Assembly: GCA_004796385.1 (NCBI GenBank)
Contig: QZLD01000267.1
Location: 1-56,290, forward strand
Direction: 5' to 3'
DNA from: Gammaproteobacteria bacterium
Lineage (GTDB): Bacteria > Pseudomonadota > Gammaproteobacteria > QZLD01
Length of the DNA: 56,290 bases
Shown here: piece after piece, positions 26,511 through 36,729 of the stretch
How the letters are laid out: every line of letters begins with the position of its first letter
Position numbering within the stretch: position 1 is the first letter of the stretch
The notes under the pieces: model-generated
What the model was told of the DNA's origin: nothing
The model's database searches: none
The model's input: the letters and a program-made list of their open reading frames with translations, nothing else
Made by a program: the position numbers and the translations under genes

Positions 26511-29500
26511 ACGTAACTCGTTATGCAATAACAAATAATCGAGCTACTTGGATTACGCTGCTGGTATTGATAATTGGCGGCATTATTTCCTATGTCAAAA
26601 TGCCGCGTGCGGAAGATCCTGCATTTATTATCAGAGTGGCTGTTGTTAAAACATTTTTTCCCGGAGCAAGTCCTGCTCGTGTGGAAAGGTTAATAACAGA
26701 GAATCTGGAAAAATCTATACGAGAGATGCCGGAGTTGGATTTTGTTCACAGTGAATCCCGTACAGGAGTTTCCGTTATCTATGTTAATGTAAAAGAAAAC
26801 TTCACTAATATGCAGCCTATATGGGACAGGTTAAGGCGTAAAGTTGAAAGGACAAAGCCTGATCTTCCTGAAGGGATAATCGGCCCTATTGTAGATGATG
26901 AGTTTGGCGATGTGTTTGGCATTAATATCGCAATAACCGGAGATGGCTTTGAATATGCCGAGATGGAAGATATTGCCGATGAGGTCAGGAATGAGTTGCT
27001 TCTTATTGATGAAACAGCAAAGGTAGAAATACATGGTCGACAGGAAGAGCGTATTTTTATTGAATATCGTAACTCGAAACTATCGGAGATAGGAGTTTCA
27101 GCGGCTCAGTTGTCGCAGATTCTGCAAGGGCGCAATATTCTTATTTCCGGCGGTAGTATTTTATATGAAGGGGAGAGAATTTCTCTGGAACCTTCCGGTA
27201 ATTTTGAATCTATTGATGACCTTAAAAAAACCATTGTAAGTATTCCCGGCAGGCCGGAACTTGTTTATTTGGAAGATTTGGTAAAAATCACCCGTGGTTA
27301 TATTGATCCTCCGGATATAAAAGTAAGAGCAACAGGTGAGCCTGCATTGGTTTTGGCTGTATCTTTAAGAAAAGGAGGGAATATATTAACGCTTGGTGAA
27401 AAAGTAAGAGATGTATTAGATAGATTGCAGGCAATTTATCCACATGGAATAGAGTTTGAAACAGCTACTTTTCAGCCGGATGTGGTTAAAAAAAAGATCG
27501 ATGATTTTGTTATGAATTTGGGGCAGTCTGTACTGGTTGTAGCATTGGTAATGTTGCTTACTCTCGGATTCAGAACAGGGCTTGTTGTATCAAGTTTGGT
27601 TCCTGTAACCATTGTAATCAGTATTTTAATAATGGCTGTATGTAAAATATGGCTGGATCAGGTTTCTCTTGCGGCACTTATAATATCGTTAGGGATGTTG
27701 GTGGATAATGCCATAGTGATTGCCGAATCTATAATGGTAAGAATGCGTGAAGGGCAGCAAAGAATAGAGGCAGCCATAGATTCCGTCAGTGAGTTAAAAA
27801 TATCGCTGTTGACGTCATCCTTAACAACATCGGCAGCTTTTTTTCCTATTTATCTGGCGGAGTCAATGACGGGAGAATACACGGTCTCAATCTTTAAAGT
27901 AGTTACTATAACCTTGTTATGTTCGTGGGTTCTGTCTCTCACATTTGTGCCTCTTGTATGTGTTCTAACGATAAAGATTAAAAATCAGAAAAACCACGAT
28001 ATTTTTGATACTGTTTTTTACAGAATTTACAGAGTTTTTTTGGGATTGCTTATCAGAAATCGCATAAAGGTTCTTTTGTTAACAGTTGTTATTTTTGTAT
28101 TGGTTATTGGGGCATCGAAAGAGGTGCCGCAGATATTTTTTCCTCCATCAGATAGAGCATTCTTTCTTGCTGAGTATGAGCTTCCGCCAGGAACGGCAAT
28201 AGAAAAAACCGAAGAAGTAGTAAATGATTTTGAAAGGTTTTATAAAGAAGAACTTATGCAGAATAAAGATAGTCATAGAGGAATTACACAGTGGACAAGT
28301 TATATTGGTCGAGGAGGGCCGCGTTATGTAGTTAACTATAATCCAAAGGTTCTTAGTCCGGATTATGCAGTACAGTTTATTAATGTAACCTCGCAAAAAG
28401 ATATACCTTATATAATGGAAAAAATAAATAAATACGCTTTTGATAACTATCCCGAATTGCATCTTCGTCTTAAAAAGAAAGATATGGGGCCGCCGGTAAA
28501 CTCACCTGTTGAGATACGCATAAGCGGAAAAAATCCTGCAAAATTATTTGATATAGCGGCAGCAGTTAAGAATAAAATGAAGGCAGTAGGTTCAAGTCGT
28601 AATATTAAGGATGACTGGGGAAGCAGAACCAAAAAGATCCTCGTTAATGTTGATCAGGAGCGAGCCAGAAGAGCAGGCCTTGCCAGTCAGGATATTGCCT
28701 TATCTTTAATGTCCGGCCTTAGTGGTTGGGAAATGACTAAGTATCGAGAAGATGACAAGATAATTCCCGTTGTACTCAGAACTCTGGAGTCTGATAGAAA
28801 AGATCTTGGTAAACTTGAGCAGTTAAATGTGGCATCTCAGGCAACTGGTGTGAGTGTGCCGTTAAGTCAGGTGGCGGATCTAAAAATGGTATGGGAATAT
28901 TCCAAGATAAAAAGGCGAGATGGAGTAAAAACCATAACCGTTTCGGCAGATCCTGTAGAAGGATATACTGCTCTGGATGTAATAACCGGAATGCAGGCAT
29001 GGCTTAATGAACAGAATGATCAGTGGGGATATGGTTATCGTTATGAAATAGGAGGAGAGGTAGAGACAACAGTAAAATCTAGTCAATCTATTGTAGATAA
29101 ATTACCAATTGCCGGTTTGATAATAATAATTTTGCTGATATTCCAGTTTAACTCCGTCAGAAAGTCGCTTATCGTGTTGGCTACAATTCCTTTGGGGATG
29201 ATAGGTGTTGTAATCGGATTAATTCTTTTGGACTCCTATTTTGGTTTTATTACTTTGCTTGGAGTGGTTTCGCTTTCCGGAATTGTTGTAAATAATGCCA
29301 TTGTTCTCATTGAAAGAATTCAGATGGAGATTGAAGAGAATAAAAGGCCGGTTAAGGAAGCCATTATCGAAGCTTCGCAAAGACGGTTGCGTCCTATACT
29401 GTTGACTACAGCAACAACTATAGGAGGATTATTACCTCTTTATTTTGGTGGAGGAGTAATGTGGGAGCCAATGGCAATAGCAATTATTTTCGGGTTGCTT

Positions 29501-29575
29501 TTTTCAACCGTTATGACTTTAGGCGTTGTGCCGACAGCTTATTCGCTGTTGTTCAGAAAAACTAATGAACATTGA
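26507..29575 (+). CDS. RND efflux permease (AcrB/AcrD/AcrF superfamily)
   Basis: 1022 aa with the typical 12-TM layout and two large periplasmic loops. Family motifs include ALIISLGMLVDNAIVIAESI and LSGIVVNNAIVLIERI. Confidence 0.9.
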   Translation: MNVTRYAITNNRATWITLLVLIIGGIISYVKMPRAEDPAFIIRVAVVKTFFPGASPARVERLITENLEKSIREMPELDFVHSESRTGVSVIYVNVKENFTNMQPIWDRLRRKVERTKPDLPEGIIGPIVDDEFGDVFGINIAITGDGFEYAEMEDIADEVRNELLLIDETAKVEIHGRQEERIFIEYRNSKLSEIGVSAAQLSQILQGRNILISGGSILYEGERISLEPSGNFESIDDLKKTIVSIPGRPELVYLEDLVKITRGYIDPPDIKVRATGEPALVLAVSLRKGGNILTLGEKVRDVLDRLQAIYPHGIEFETATFQPDVVKKKIDDFVMNLGQSVLVVALVMLLTLGFRTGLVVSSLVPVTIVISILIMAVCKIWLDQVSLAALIISLGMLVDNAIVIAESIMVRMREGQQRIEAAIDSVSELKISLLTSSLTTSAAFFPIYLAESMTGEYTVSIFKVVTITLLCSWVLSLTFVPLVCVLTIKIKNQKNHDIFDTVFYRIYRVFLGLLIRNRIKVLLLTVVIFVLVIGASKEVPQIFFPPSDRAFFLAEYELPPGTAIEKTEEVVNDFERFYKEELMQNKDSHRGITQWTSYIGRGGPRYVVNYNPKVLSPDYAVQFINVTSQKDIPYIMEKINKYAFDNYPELHLRLKKKDMGPPVNSPVEIRISGKNPAKLFDIAAAVKNKMKAVGSSRNIKDDWGSRTKKILVNVDQERARRAGLASQDIALSLMSGLSGWEMTKYREDDKIIPVVLRTLESDRKDLGKLEQLNVASQATGVSVPLSQVADLKMVWEYSKIKRRDGVKTITVSADPVEGYTALDVITGMQAWLNEQNDQWGYGYRYEIGGEVETTVKSSQSIVDKLPIAGLIIIILLIFQFNSVRKSLIVLATIPLGMIGVVIGLILLDSYFGFITLLGVVSLSGIVVNNAIVLIERIQMEIEENKRPVKEAIIEASQRRLRPILLTTATTIGGLLPLYFGGGVMWEPMAIAIIFGLLFSTVMTLGVVPTAYSLLFRKTNEH

Positions 29576-29592
29576 TGTTTTTATCGCCGATT

Positions 29593-29838
29593 TTATTTGA
29601 AAGATAAAAGATCTGAATTACCCCCCTTGTTTACAGGTGGATAGTCTTGATCTTTGGCAATACTTGCGGCAGGGAGATCAAATTGATCATATTCGGATAT
29701 AGAATACTTAATGATGTGAGTTTCAGGATAACGCGATATTAATGGATTATCATTCGATCCGCTGACATCACTATTGGCATTTGCAGAAAATGTTAGCAGT
29801 AAAAGTATGGAAAATAAGGTGGCGTTCAGGTGTTTCAT
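29593..29838 (-). CDS. Small secreted protein; possibly the N-terminal remnant of a larger periplasmic/OmpA-associated protein
   Basis: 81 aa with signal peptide MKHLNATLFSILLLLTFSANA. The segment NPLISRYPETHIIKYSISEYDQFDLP resembles, from memory, the N-terminus of DUF4892-type proteins that are several-fold longer. Confidence 0.4.
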   Translation of the reverse strand: MKHLNATLFSILLLLTFSANANSDVSGSNDNPLISRYPETHIIKYSISEYDQFDLPAASIAKDQDYPPVNKGGNSDLLSFK

Positions 29839-29865
29839 CTGGAGATTCCTTAAAAAAATTTATTA

Positions 29866-30531
29866 TTACACGACTTTTCTAAAGCATGCGCTGAATCTTC
29901 TAACCGATGGTTCTTCATTATCAATATAATCACTGAAAAAAAGCTTTTGAAAGCCATTTTCGGCAAATTGGTTAACTTCACTTCTTGTCAGAGGCCAGGG
30001 CATTTGTCCTTGATGTTCATCTTCTCCTCTTGCTCTAGTGATAAATAGTATATAACCACCTGTAGCAACCAGTCGGCAAATAGATGAAATTGCCTGCGAG
30101 CGAAGTTCAGGTGGCAGTACCTGAAGTGTGTATGACTCCTGTACCAGGTCAAATGTTTCCAGCCATTCAGATGGCAGGTTGAAAAGATCCGCCTCTGTAT
30201 ATTTGACTTTGGATTGGGGGAATCTTTTTCGGCACTCACTTATTGCAGTAGGGGAGATATCGAAGGCGGAGGTATTAAACCCCTTGCTTGCAAGCCACTC
30301 TGCATCATCACCAAGTCCACAGCCCACTTTAATTGCTTTTTTACCAAAATGGATGTGGTTAACGGAATCGTATAGTTTTATCAGATTGGGGTTGATGCAG
30401 CGGTCTGCCCAAGGAATGATTGCTCCATCGGATACCGATAAAGAGTAGAGTTGTTCAAACCATTCCAAGGGTTTGTTTGCATCTACAGCAGCGGTTGCCA
30501 GTTTTCTGGCTTGATTGCGTCTGCTATCCAT
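29866..30531 (-). CDS. Class I SAM-dependent methyltransferase
   Basis: 221 aa with motif I (KAIKVGCGLGDDAEWLA) followed by an acidic loop (AFDIS). The substrate is unknown. Confidence 0.75.
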   Translation of the reverse strand: MDSRRNQARKLATAAVDANKPLEWFEQLYSLSVSDGAIIPWADRCINPNLIKLYDSVNHIHFGKKAIKVGCGLGDDAEWLASKGFNTSAFDISPTAISECRKRFPQSKVKYTEADLFNLPSEWLETFDLVQESYTLQVLPPELRSQAISSICRLVATGGYILFITRARGEDEHQGQMPWPLTRSEVNQFAENGFQKLFFSDYIDNEEPSVRRFSACFRKVV

Positions 30532-30537
30532 TAATGG

Positions 30538-30852
30538 TTAGTCGATATAAGAGCAGCAATAATCGACAGCTGTTTTTATATTCACGGAAAACTGTGAGTT
30601 GGCTGGTATTTCAAACGATTCGCCGCCATTGATTGTTTGCCAGTTATCACTGCCGGGAAGCTTTATATCAAGATTACCGTCCATTATTTCCATTATCTCT
30701 TTGGCTGCGGTATCGAAGGTGTATTCACCGGGCATCATAAATCCCAAGGTTTTTTTGCTGCCGTCATCAAATAATACTGTGCGGCTGATTACTTTGCCTT
30801 CGAAGTAGACATTGGCTTTTTTGATAACGGTTACGTTTTTAAATTCCGACAT
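30538..30852 (-). CDS. ppnP: Pyrimidine/purine nucleoside phosphorylase (PpnP/YaiE, DUF1255 cupin)
   Basis: 104 aa reading [53 protein letters not shown], which matches the YaiE family pattern. Confidence 0.8.
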   Translation of the reverse strand: MSEFKNVTVIKKANVYFEGKVISRTVLFDDGSKKTLGFMMPGEYTFDTAAKEIMEIMDGNLDIKLPGSDNWQTINGGESFEIPANSQFSVNIKTAVDYCCSYID

Positions 30853-30863
30853 TGTTTTTTCCT

Positions 30864-31745
30864 TTATTTTGAAAAATAGAATAATTTTCTGGCGCTATTT
30901 ATACCGCATTTCTGGTATTTGTTATAGGCTTGGGCGGCAGATTCATGTATTTGTTTGGCAGTTGCCTGTTTGGCAAAGCTATTCAGAATTGCATCTACGG
31001 TATATGCCTCAGGAGCCATATTGCTGTTTGTTAGGATTAGCGGGTTAACATTCCAGTAAAGCAGTTTTTCTTTAAAGTATCTGTTGCTTTGGCAGGCTAG
31101 TACAATTGTGCTTTTGGCTGGATTATCCTTCTGGGGGTGGATGCTGTTTAGTTTTGGCATTTCGGTAAGGGTATTGTTGTCGGAGAGATTATAATCCATA
31201 AGTATATCGTGACCTATATAGCCAATCAGATGAGCGTTGCTTCCGGCATGGACTTTTGTGTTATTGATAGTTATTGTTTCAGGTGTATTTCCTGACGCAT
31301 GAGCCGCAAATTTTTCAACAGCCTTGTTTATTGTTTTTCCATCCCAAGCATCTGCAACCACATAAAAATCTGTTTTTTTTCCATTTATAGTAAACGTTTT
31401 GAGTAAAACAATTCTTTCCAATATTGCCTTATCTTTTGTGGATGTTGCCGGAGTTAACTTCCATCTTTTTTTCTTTGTTAGAAAAGTTTTAAGACCGTAT
31501 AAGGCTCCCCAGTAAAGATTGTTTTGTGGCTGTTGTCCGTTCCCAATTTTATCAGGAACTCGAGCTATCCACTGATATTTGTTATCAGCCAGAGCTACCG
31601 AGATATGAGCAACAATAGGTTTTCCCTTATCAATATCTTTCAGGATTCTTTTGCGAACATCTTTATAAGGTGTTGCAGAAACAGTAGAACAGCACAATAT
31701 CAGCAATAGTACGAAGGTTCTTTTTAAGGTGATTGTTTTAAACAT
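30864..31745 (-). CDS. Hypothetical secreted protein
   Basis: 293 aa from the ATG at 31745, preceded by GAGGAA, with signal peptide [25 protein letters not shown] recognise no family. Confidence 0.55.
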   Translation of the reverse strand: MFKTITLKRTFVLLLILCCSTVSATPYKDVRKRILKDIDKGKPIVAHISVALADNKYQWIARVPDKIGNGQQPQNNLYWGALYGLKTFLTKKKRWKLTPATSTKDKAILERIVLLKTFTINGKKTDFYVVADAWDGKTINKAVEKFAAHASGNTPETITINNTKVHAGSNAHLIGYIGHDILMDYNLSDNNTLTEMPKLNSIHPQKDNPAKSTIVLACQSNRYFKEKLLYWNVNPLILTNSNMAPEAYTVDAILNSFAKQATAKQIHESAAQAYNKYQKCGINSARKLFYFSK

Positions 31746-31849
31746 TCTTTCCTCTTGGATTGTTTCATTGTCCGGCATTTAATATTGCATCATTATTGTG
31801 ATAATTGGCTGTTTATTAAGTGTAACTGCTATCAAGGGTAGTCATAAAC

Positions 31850-31903
31850 AAGAGCAAATGTTGCGCTCGCATTTTCTTTGTTCGAAAACGCTAAATACAT
31901 CTC
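31850..31903 (+). repeat. 54-nt interspersed element, copy A (partner at 50225..50278)
   Basis: An ungapped alignment to 50225-50278 gives 45/54 identities. This includes a 26-nt core, CTTTGTTCGAA[A/C]ACGCTAAATACATC, with a single mismatch. Both copies are in the same orientation. Confidence 0.8.
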
Positions 31904-32212
31904 CATCGTTTTAAGTATGTAAGTATAATGGGTAAGTAGTTGCTATTAAAGTATCGCCCAATGCCGGATATTTGACTGCTGTGATTTTATAAATGTTACG
32001 GATGTCACAGTTTTGACGATTTCATGTTTGGGTATAGCTGATTTTACTTTATTCAATGTTCTTATTTATGTATGTTATGAAATAACAGGCTTGGTACTGA
32101 TACCTGTTGCTTATTCTTTGAGCCACACTTATTTGCATGGAGGCAATAGTGGTTAAAACCTCTCTCTTTATAGCTGTGATCCCTCTTTTTGATTTGTTAT
32201 TCAGTGATTTTA

Positions 32213-32228
32213 TGGCATATATATTGCT
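32213..32228 (+). promoter_or_regulatory. Sigma54 (-24/-12) promoter for the fliL operon
   Basis: TGGCAT-ATATA-TTGCT fits the consensus TGGCAC-N5-TTGCW with correct GG/GC spacing. It lies 67 nt upstream of the fliL ATG. Confidence 0.7.
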
Positions 32229-32294
32229 TGGTGAGTATTGCTGTAACTCATCAATGCAGGTTGTTGCATTAATAAAATTTGGTGGTGTCGAAAA

Positions 32295-32828
32295 ATGAAG
32301 TCGATAAAAAAGCAAAACGGTCTTAGTAAGCTGATTCTTATAATAATAATTCTGGTTGTCGTTTTGCTGGGTGCGGGAGGGGCTGTGACAGCTATTTTAT
32401 TTGCAGGCGGAGATGACGATGCCGTTATAGAAGATATAGGAGTTGAGGAGAATGCGGAAAACCCTGAGGATGAGAAATCTGAAAATGTTGATGCACAGGG
32501 TAATCTGAAGCAGGCATTGTTCTGGTCGATTGAGCCTCCTTTAGTGGTAAATTACGATAATTTCGGTAAAAAGGGTTACCTGCAGGTGGCAATATCGGTA
32601 ATGACCTATGATGGCAGTGTGCTGGACAGGGTAAATAAGAATTCTCCGGTTATAAGGCATAGCCTTATAGTGCTGTTTAATGGTAGGAAATATGGTGATC
32701 TTATCGGCCCTGAAAACCAGTTGCGAATGCAGCAGGAGTGCCTTGATGAGATTAACCGTGTGCTGGTTGAGTTTACGGGACACGGCGGTGTTAATAATGT
32801 CTATTTTACCAACTATGTGATGCAGTAG
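32295..32828 (+). CDS. fliL: Flagellar basal-body-associated protein FliL
   Basis: 177 aa with a single N-terminal TM. The FliL-like C-terminus includes YLQVAISV and the position is upstream of fliM. Confidence 0.85.
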   Translation: MKSIKKQNGLSKLILIIIILVVVLLGAGGAVTAILFAGGDDDAVIEDIGVEENAENPEDEKSENVDAQGNLKQALFWSIEPPLVVNYDNFGKKGYLQVAISVMTYDGSVLDRVNKNSPVIRHSLIVLFNGRKYGDLIGPENQLRMQQECLDEINRVLVEFTGHGGVNNVYFTNYVMQ

Positions 32829-32837
32829 GAGTTGTAG

Positions 32838-33851
32838 ATGGCAACGCATGACATATTAAGTCAGGATGAGATTGATGCGTTACTGCATGGTGTCGATGGC
32901 GGCGATGTAGATACTGAAGGTGGTGGCGGCGATGATGAAGGCGTACATCCTTTTGACTTTGCCAATCAGGAACGGATTGTTCGTGGCAGAATGCCGACTC
33001 TTGAGATGATTAATGAACGTTTTGCCAGGCTCTTCAGAATCGGACTTTTTAATATGATCAGAAGAACGCCGGAAGTTTCAGTTGGCGGTGTTGATATGAT
33101 GAAGTTCGGAGAGTATGTACACACCCTGTTTGTTCCTACCAGCCTTAATCTGGTAAAACTTAATCCTTTAAAAGGAACGGGCTTGATAATAATCGACCCT
33201 AAGCTGGTATTTATTATTGTTGAGAACTTTTTTGGGGGGGATGGTCGTTATTTCACAAAGATTGAGGGGCGCGAATTTACCCCGACAGAGCAGCGGGTAA
33301 TCCAGTTGGTTTTAAATCAGGCATTTGAAAACCTTTGTGATGCCTGGGCTCCTGTGATGAAGATAGATTTTGAGTTTATGAATTCCGAGGTTAATCCGCA
33401 ATTTGCCAATATTGTAAGTCCGTCGGAGGTTATTGTTGTAAGCACCTTTCATATTGAATTGGATGGTGGTGGAGGTGATTTTCATGTAACTCTGCCATAT
33501 AACATGGTAGAGCCTATAAGAGAGCTGCTTGATGCCGGTGTGCAGAGTGATAGAAATGAAGTTGATGATCGCTGGACAGTCTCTCTTAAGGATGAGATGA
33601 AATCAGCAGAGATCAACCTGCAAAGTACTCTGGTGGATGTAACTCTGCCTTTAACAGATGTTATGAAAATGCAGGCTGGAGACATAATTCCTGTGGAGTT
33701 GCCTGAGAAAGTAACGATAATGGCAGAGGATGTGCCGGTGTTCAGGGGGCGCTACGGTACACATAATGGCAATGCAGCGATAAAGATTACAGATACGATT
33801 GCTCTGGATGATTCCAGAAGCAGGGCACTGGTTGCAGGAGAAAAACAATGA
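32838..33851 (+). CDS. fliM: Flagellar motor switch protein FliM
   Basis: 337 aa with the N-terminal CheY-P binding motif LSQDEIDALL and a FliM middle domain. Confidence 0.93.
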   Translation: MATHDILSQDEIDALLHGVDGGDVDTEGGGGDDEGVHPFDFANQERIVRGRMPTLEMINERFARLFRIGLFNMIRRTPEVSVGGVDMMKFGEYVHTLFVPTSLNLVKLNPLKGTGLIIIDPKLVFIIVENFFGGDGRYFTKIEGREFTPTEQRVIQLVLNQAFENLCDAWAPVMKIDFEFMNSEVNPQFANIVSPSEVIVVSTFHIELDGGGGDFHVTLPYNMVEPIRELLDAGVQSDRNEVDDRWTVSLKDEMKSAEINLQSTLVDVTLPLTDVMKMQAGDIIPVELPEKVTIMAEDVPVFRGRYGTHNGNAAIKITDTIALDDSRSRALVAGEKQ

Positions 33852-34276
33852 AAGATGAAAACGGCCTTGAAGTAGGTGATGAGTGGGCTGCAGCTATGGA
33901 AGAGCAGACCGGAACGGCAGAAGGTGACGAAATAGATCCTGATGAGATTATGGCAAATGTCTCTCCGGCGCCCATGGAAAATCTGGTCTCGGAAACGGTT
34001 GCAGCAGGTGACGAGGATGTAAATCTTAATGTAATTCTTGATATTCCGGTTGACCTTTCTATGGAAATAGGCAGAACCAGAATCAGTATTAGGAACCTGT
34101 TGCAGCTTAATCAGGGATCAATTGTGGAGCTGGACAGGCTTGCTGGTGAGCCATTAGATGTAATGGTAAACGGTACCCTTATTGCTCATGGTGAGGTTGT
34201 AGTAGTAAATGAGCGTTTTGGTATCAGGTTAACGGATGTTATAAGTCCGGCAGAGAGAGTGAAGAAGCTCAAATAA
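33848..34276 (+). CDS. fliN: Flagellar motor switch protein FliN
   Basis: 142 aa with a SpoA-type C-terminus (LLQLNQGSIVELDRLAGEPLDVMVNGTLIAHGEVVVVNERFGIRLTDV). An ATGA overlap joins it to fliM. Confidence 0.93.
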   Translation: MKDENGLEVGDEWAAAMEEQTGTAEGDEIDPDEIMANVSPAPMENLVSETVAAGDEDVNLNVILDIPVDLSMEIGRTRISIRNLLQLNQGSIVELDRLAGEPLDVMVNGTLIAHGEVVVVNERFGIRLTDVISPAERVKKLK

Positions 34277-34280
34277 CACT

Positions 34281-34796
34281 ATGATGAACCGCAAGATAAA
34301 AAGGCTTGAAAAAATACTTTGTATAATCCGGGTGACCATGGTTTTGGGGTTGTCCGGTTTTGTTGCTGTTGCCGAAGCTGCTGTAGAGAAGACAGGTATT
34401 AAAGATGTAACTTCAGTAACAGGAAAGGCTGCCAAAAAGATTGGCAGCAATGTGCCTTCATCCTTAGGGGCGCAGTCGCTATTGCAGATGATACTCGGTT
34501 TGGCATTTGTGGTGGGTCTGGTTCTGTTGCTGGCATGGTTTAGTCGCAGATTTGGCAAAAAACAGCTAACAGGCGGACTCCAAATGAATATACTGGGGAG
34601 TCTTAATCTTGGCAGCAGAGAAAAGATCGCCCTTGTTGAAGTAGGTGATAAGCAGATATTAATTGGTATTACTCCGGCAGGCATTAGTAATCTGCACACA
34701 TTTGATGAGCCTGTTATTGATACCTCCAAGGCGGAAAATATTGCTCCCAATCAGTTTTCGCAGATTTTGGGTCAGGTTCTGCAAAGGGGTAAATAA
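34281..34796 (+). CDS. fliO: Flagellar biosynthesis protein FliO
   Basis: 171 aa. It has a single TM ([16 protein letters not shown]) followed by the [19 protein letters not shown] motif. It sits between fliN and fliP. Confidence 0.8.
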   Translation: MMNRKIKRLEKILCIIRVTMVLGLSGFVAVAEAAVEKTGIKDVTSVTGKAAKKIGSNVPSSLGAQSLLQMILGLAFVVGLVLLLAWFSRRFGKKQLTGGLQMNILGSLNLGSREKIALVEVGDKQILIGITPAGISNLHTFDEPVIDTSKAENIAPNQFSQILGQVLQRGK

Positions 34797-34812
34797 TGAT
34801 AGGGAGAAAGCA

Positions 34813-35613
34813 ATGAATAGATGCTTAGGAATAATTAAAAAGCTTCTAAGGCTGACTTTGATAATTTCACCATTGTTACTTCCTGCTCTTGCCCTTGCCG
34901 ATACAGCGGTTTCCACTGATCCTGTCGCAGGTGGAGGGCTTGAGACCATAACCGTAAAACCAAATGCAGATGGTTCGCAAACCTACAGTGTAAATATCCA
35001 GATAATAATACTGATGACAGTATTGACGCTGCTGCCGGCAATACTGTTAATGATGACCTCTTTTACCAGAATAATAATAGTTCTTGGGTTTATCAGACAG
35101 GCAATGGGTACTCATCAGACTCCTTCCAATCAGGTACTGTTGGGGTTGTCACTTTTTTTAACCATGTTTGTTATGGCTCCGGTGATTGATCGTATAAACA
35201 GTGAAGCATTGCAGCCTTATATGAAAGATGAGATCCAGATTCAGGACGCCATACTCAAGGCAAGACCAGCGGTTACCGACTTTATGCTGGCTCAAACACG
35301 CGAGTCGGATCTGGAGCTGTTTGTCTCGCTGGCAGGTATTGAGGAGGTTAAATCGCTTGATGATGTACCATTTACTGTGCTTATTCCTGCATTTGTCACC
35401 AGTGAGCTGAAAACGGCATTTCAGATAGGATTTATTATATTTCTTCCGTTTCTGGTGATTGATTTGGTGGTTGCCTGCACACTTATGTCCATGGGCATGA
35501 TGATGCTATCGCCGATGATAATATCTTTGCCATTCAAGATTATGCTCTTTGTTTTGGTAGATGGCTGGTCACTGGTAATCGGAACACTGGCTGCAAGTTT
35601 TAATTTTGGCTGA
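34813..35613 (+). CDS. fliP: Flagellar export apparatus protein FliP
   Basis: 266 aa from the ATG at 34813 ([10 protein letters not shown]). FliP motifs include [18 protein letters not shown] and [20 protein letters not shown]. The 50-codon upstream extension in the track overlaps fliO. Confidence 0.9.
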   Translation: MNRCLGIIKKLLRLTLIISPLLLPALALADTAVSTDPVAGGGLETITVKPNADGSQTYSVNIQIIILMTVLTLLPAILLMMTSFTRIIIVLGFIRQAMGTHQTPSNQVLLGLSLFLTMFVMAPVIDRINSEALQPYMKDEIQIQDAILKARPAVTDFMLAQTRESDLELFVSLAGIEEVKSLDDVPFTVLIPAFVTSELKTAFQIGFIIFLPFLVIDLVVACTLMSMGMMMLSPMIISLPFKIMLFVLVDGWSLVIGTLAASFNFG

Positions 35614-35639
35614 CAGGAAGCTTTTATGAGGAGATGGGT

Positions 35640-35909
35640 ATGACACCTGAAACTGTTATAGAACTGGCTCAGCAAACTCTTATGATTGGAATAATGCTGG
35701 TTGCACCGCTTTTGCTTTCTGCTCTGGTAATAGGGGTTTTGATAGGGATGTTTCAGGCGGCCACCCAGATAAACGAGCAGACACTCAGCTTCGTGCCGAA
35801 GATAGCCGCAATGGCGGCAGCCCTGTTTATTGCGGCCCCGTGGATGCTATCTGTAATAATAGATTTTACCCGCGAGCTGATAAGTAATATCCCCAATGTT
35901 ATAGGTTAA
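35640..35909 (+). CDS. fliQ: Flagellar export apparatus protein FliQ
   Basis: 89 aa reading MTPETVIELAQQTL.... GAGGAG at 35628-35633 gives 6-nt spacing to this ATG. Confidence 0.9.
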   Translation: MTPETVIELAQQTLMIGIMLVAPLLLSALVIGVLIGMFQAATQINEQTLSFVPKIAAMAAALFIAAPWMLSVIIDFTRELISNIPNVIG

Positions 35910-35923
35910 CCCGGATTTAACTT

Positions 35924-36703
35924 ATGGACTTTACCACTGCAGAAATAACCGGATGGGTTGGTCGATATGGTTGGTTATTTATGCGTTTAAGCGGTTTGAT
36001 GATATCCGCTCCATTCTTTTCACACAGGCTAATTCCGGTAAGAATAAAAATAGCCCTGACTCTTGCCTTGACGATAATGATGGCGCCAATGGTGGATACA
36101 GTTCCACAGGTAGAGCCACTTTCAGTTATGGGGCTTATAATCAGTGTTAACCAAGTGATTATAGGTATAGCTATGGGATTTTTGATAGGGCTTGGTTTTA
36201 GCGTAATCGTCATGGCAGGCGAGAACATATCTTTTAAAATGGGCCTTGGTTTTGCAACCATGGCAGACCCTCAGAACGGCACATCGGTACCTATACTCAG
36301 TCAGTTTTTATTAATATTGTGTACTCTTATGTTTCTCTCCATTGGCGGTCATGTGATTCTGCTGGAGATACTTGTAACCAGTTTTAAGTCACTACCTATA
36401 GGTGTCACCGGGTTTTCCACCGAAGGAATGTGGAAAATTATCACATGGGGTAGCGCCATGTTTGCAGCATCAATAATACTATCTTTGCCGGTAGTTGTTA
36501 TTTTGACACTGGTAAATCTGGCGCTTGGAGTAATGACCCGTGCTGCGCCAACTCTTAATATATTTTCTGTCGGTTTTCCAATATCGCTTCTGCTGGGCTT
36601 GGTAATGGTTCTTTATGTACTATTGCCGGCATTGTCTAATCAGATGACAGCTATCTGGCTTGAGTTATTCAGCTATCTGCGTCATATCCTTGGGATTGCT
36701 TAG
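35924..36703 (+). CDS. fliR: Flagellar export apparatus protein FliR
   Basis: 259 aa, polytopic and FliR-like (AAPTLNIFSVGFPISLLLG). It sits between fliQ and flhB. Confidence 0.9.
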   Translation: MDFTTAEITGWVGRYGWLFMRLSGLMISAPFFSHRLIPVRIKIALTLALTIMMAPMVDTVPQVEPLSVMGLIISVNQVIIGIAMGFLIGLGFSVIVMAGENISFKMGLGFATMADPQNGTSVPILSQFLLILCTLMFLSIGGHVILLEILVTSFKSLPIGVTGFSTEGMWKIITWGSAMFAASIILSLPVVVILTLVNLALGVMTRAAPTLNIFSVGFPISLLLGLVMVLYVLLPALSNQMTAIWLELFSYLRHILGIA

Positions 36704-36729
36704 GTTGGTCTTTAAATAAGGTATAAGAT

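Noticed and set aside
31876-31901. The GTTCGAA string inside the repeat core resembles a tRNA T-loop, so I considered a tRNA or tRNA fragment.
   Set aside because: The flanking bases cannot form a T-stem, and no acceptor or anticodon arms can be drawn by eye at either copy.
32049-32315. An 88-aa minus-strand ORF in the fliL upstream region.
   Set aside because: It has no ribosome-binding site and no recognisable similarity. It runs antisense across the sigma54 promoter and the fliL start, so it is most likely a chance ORF in AT-rich DNA.
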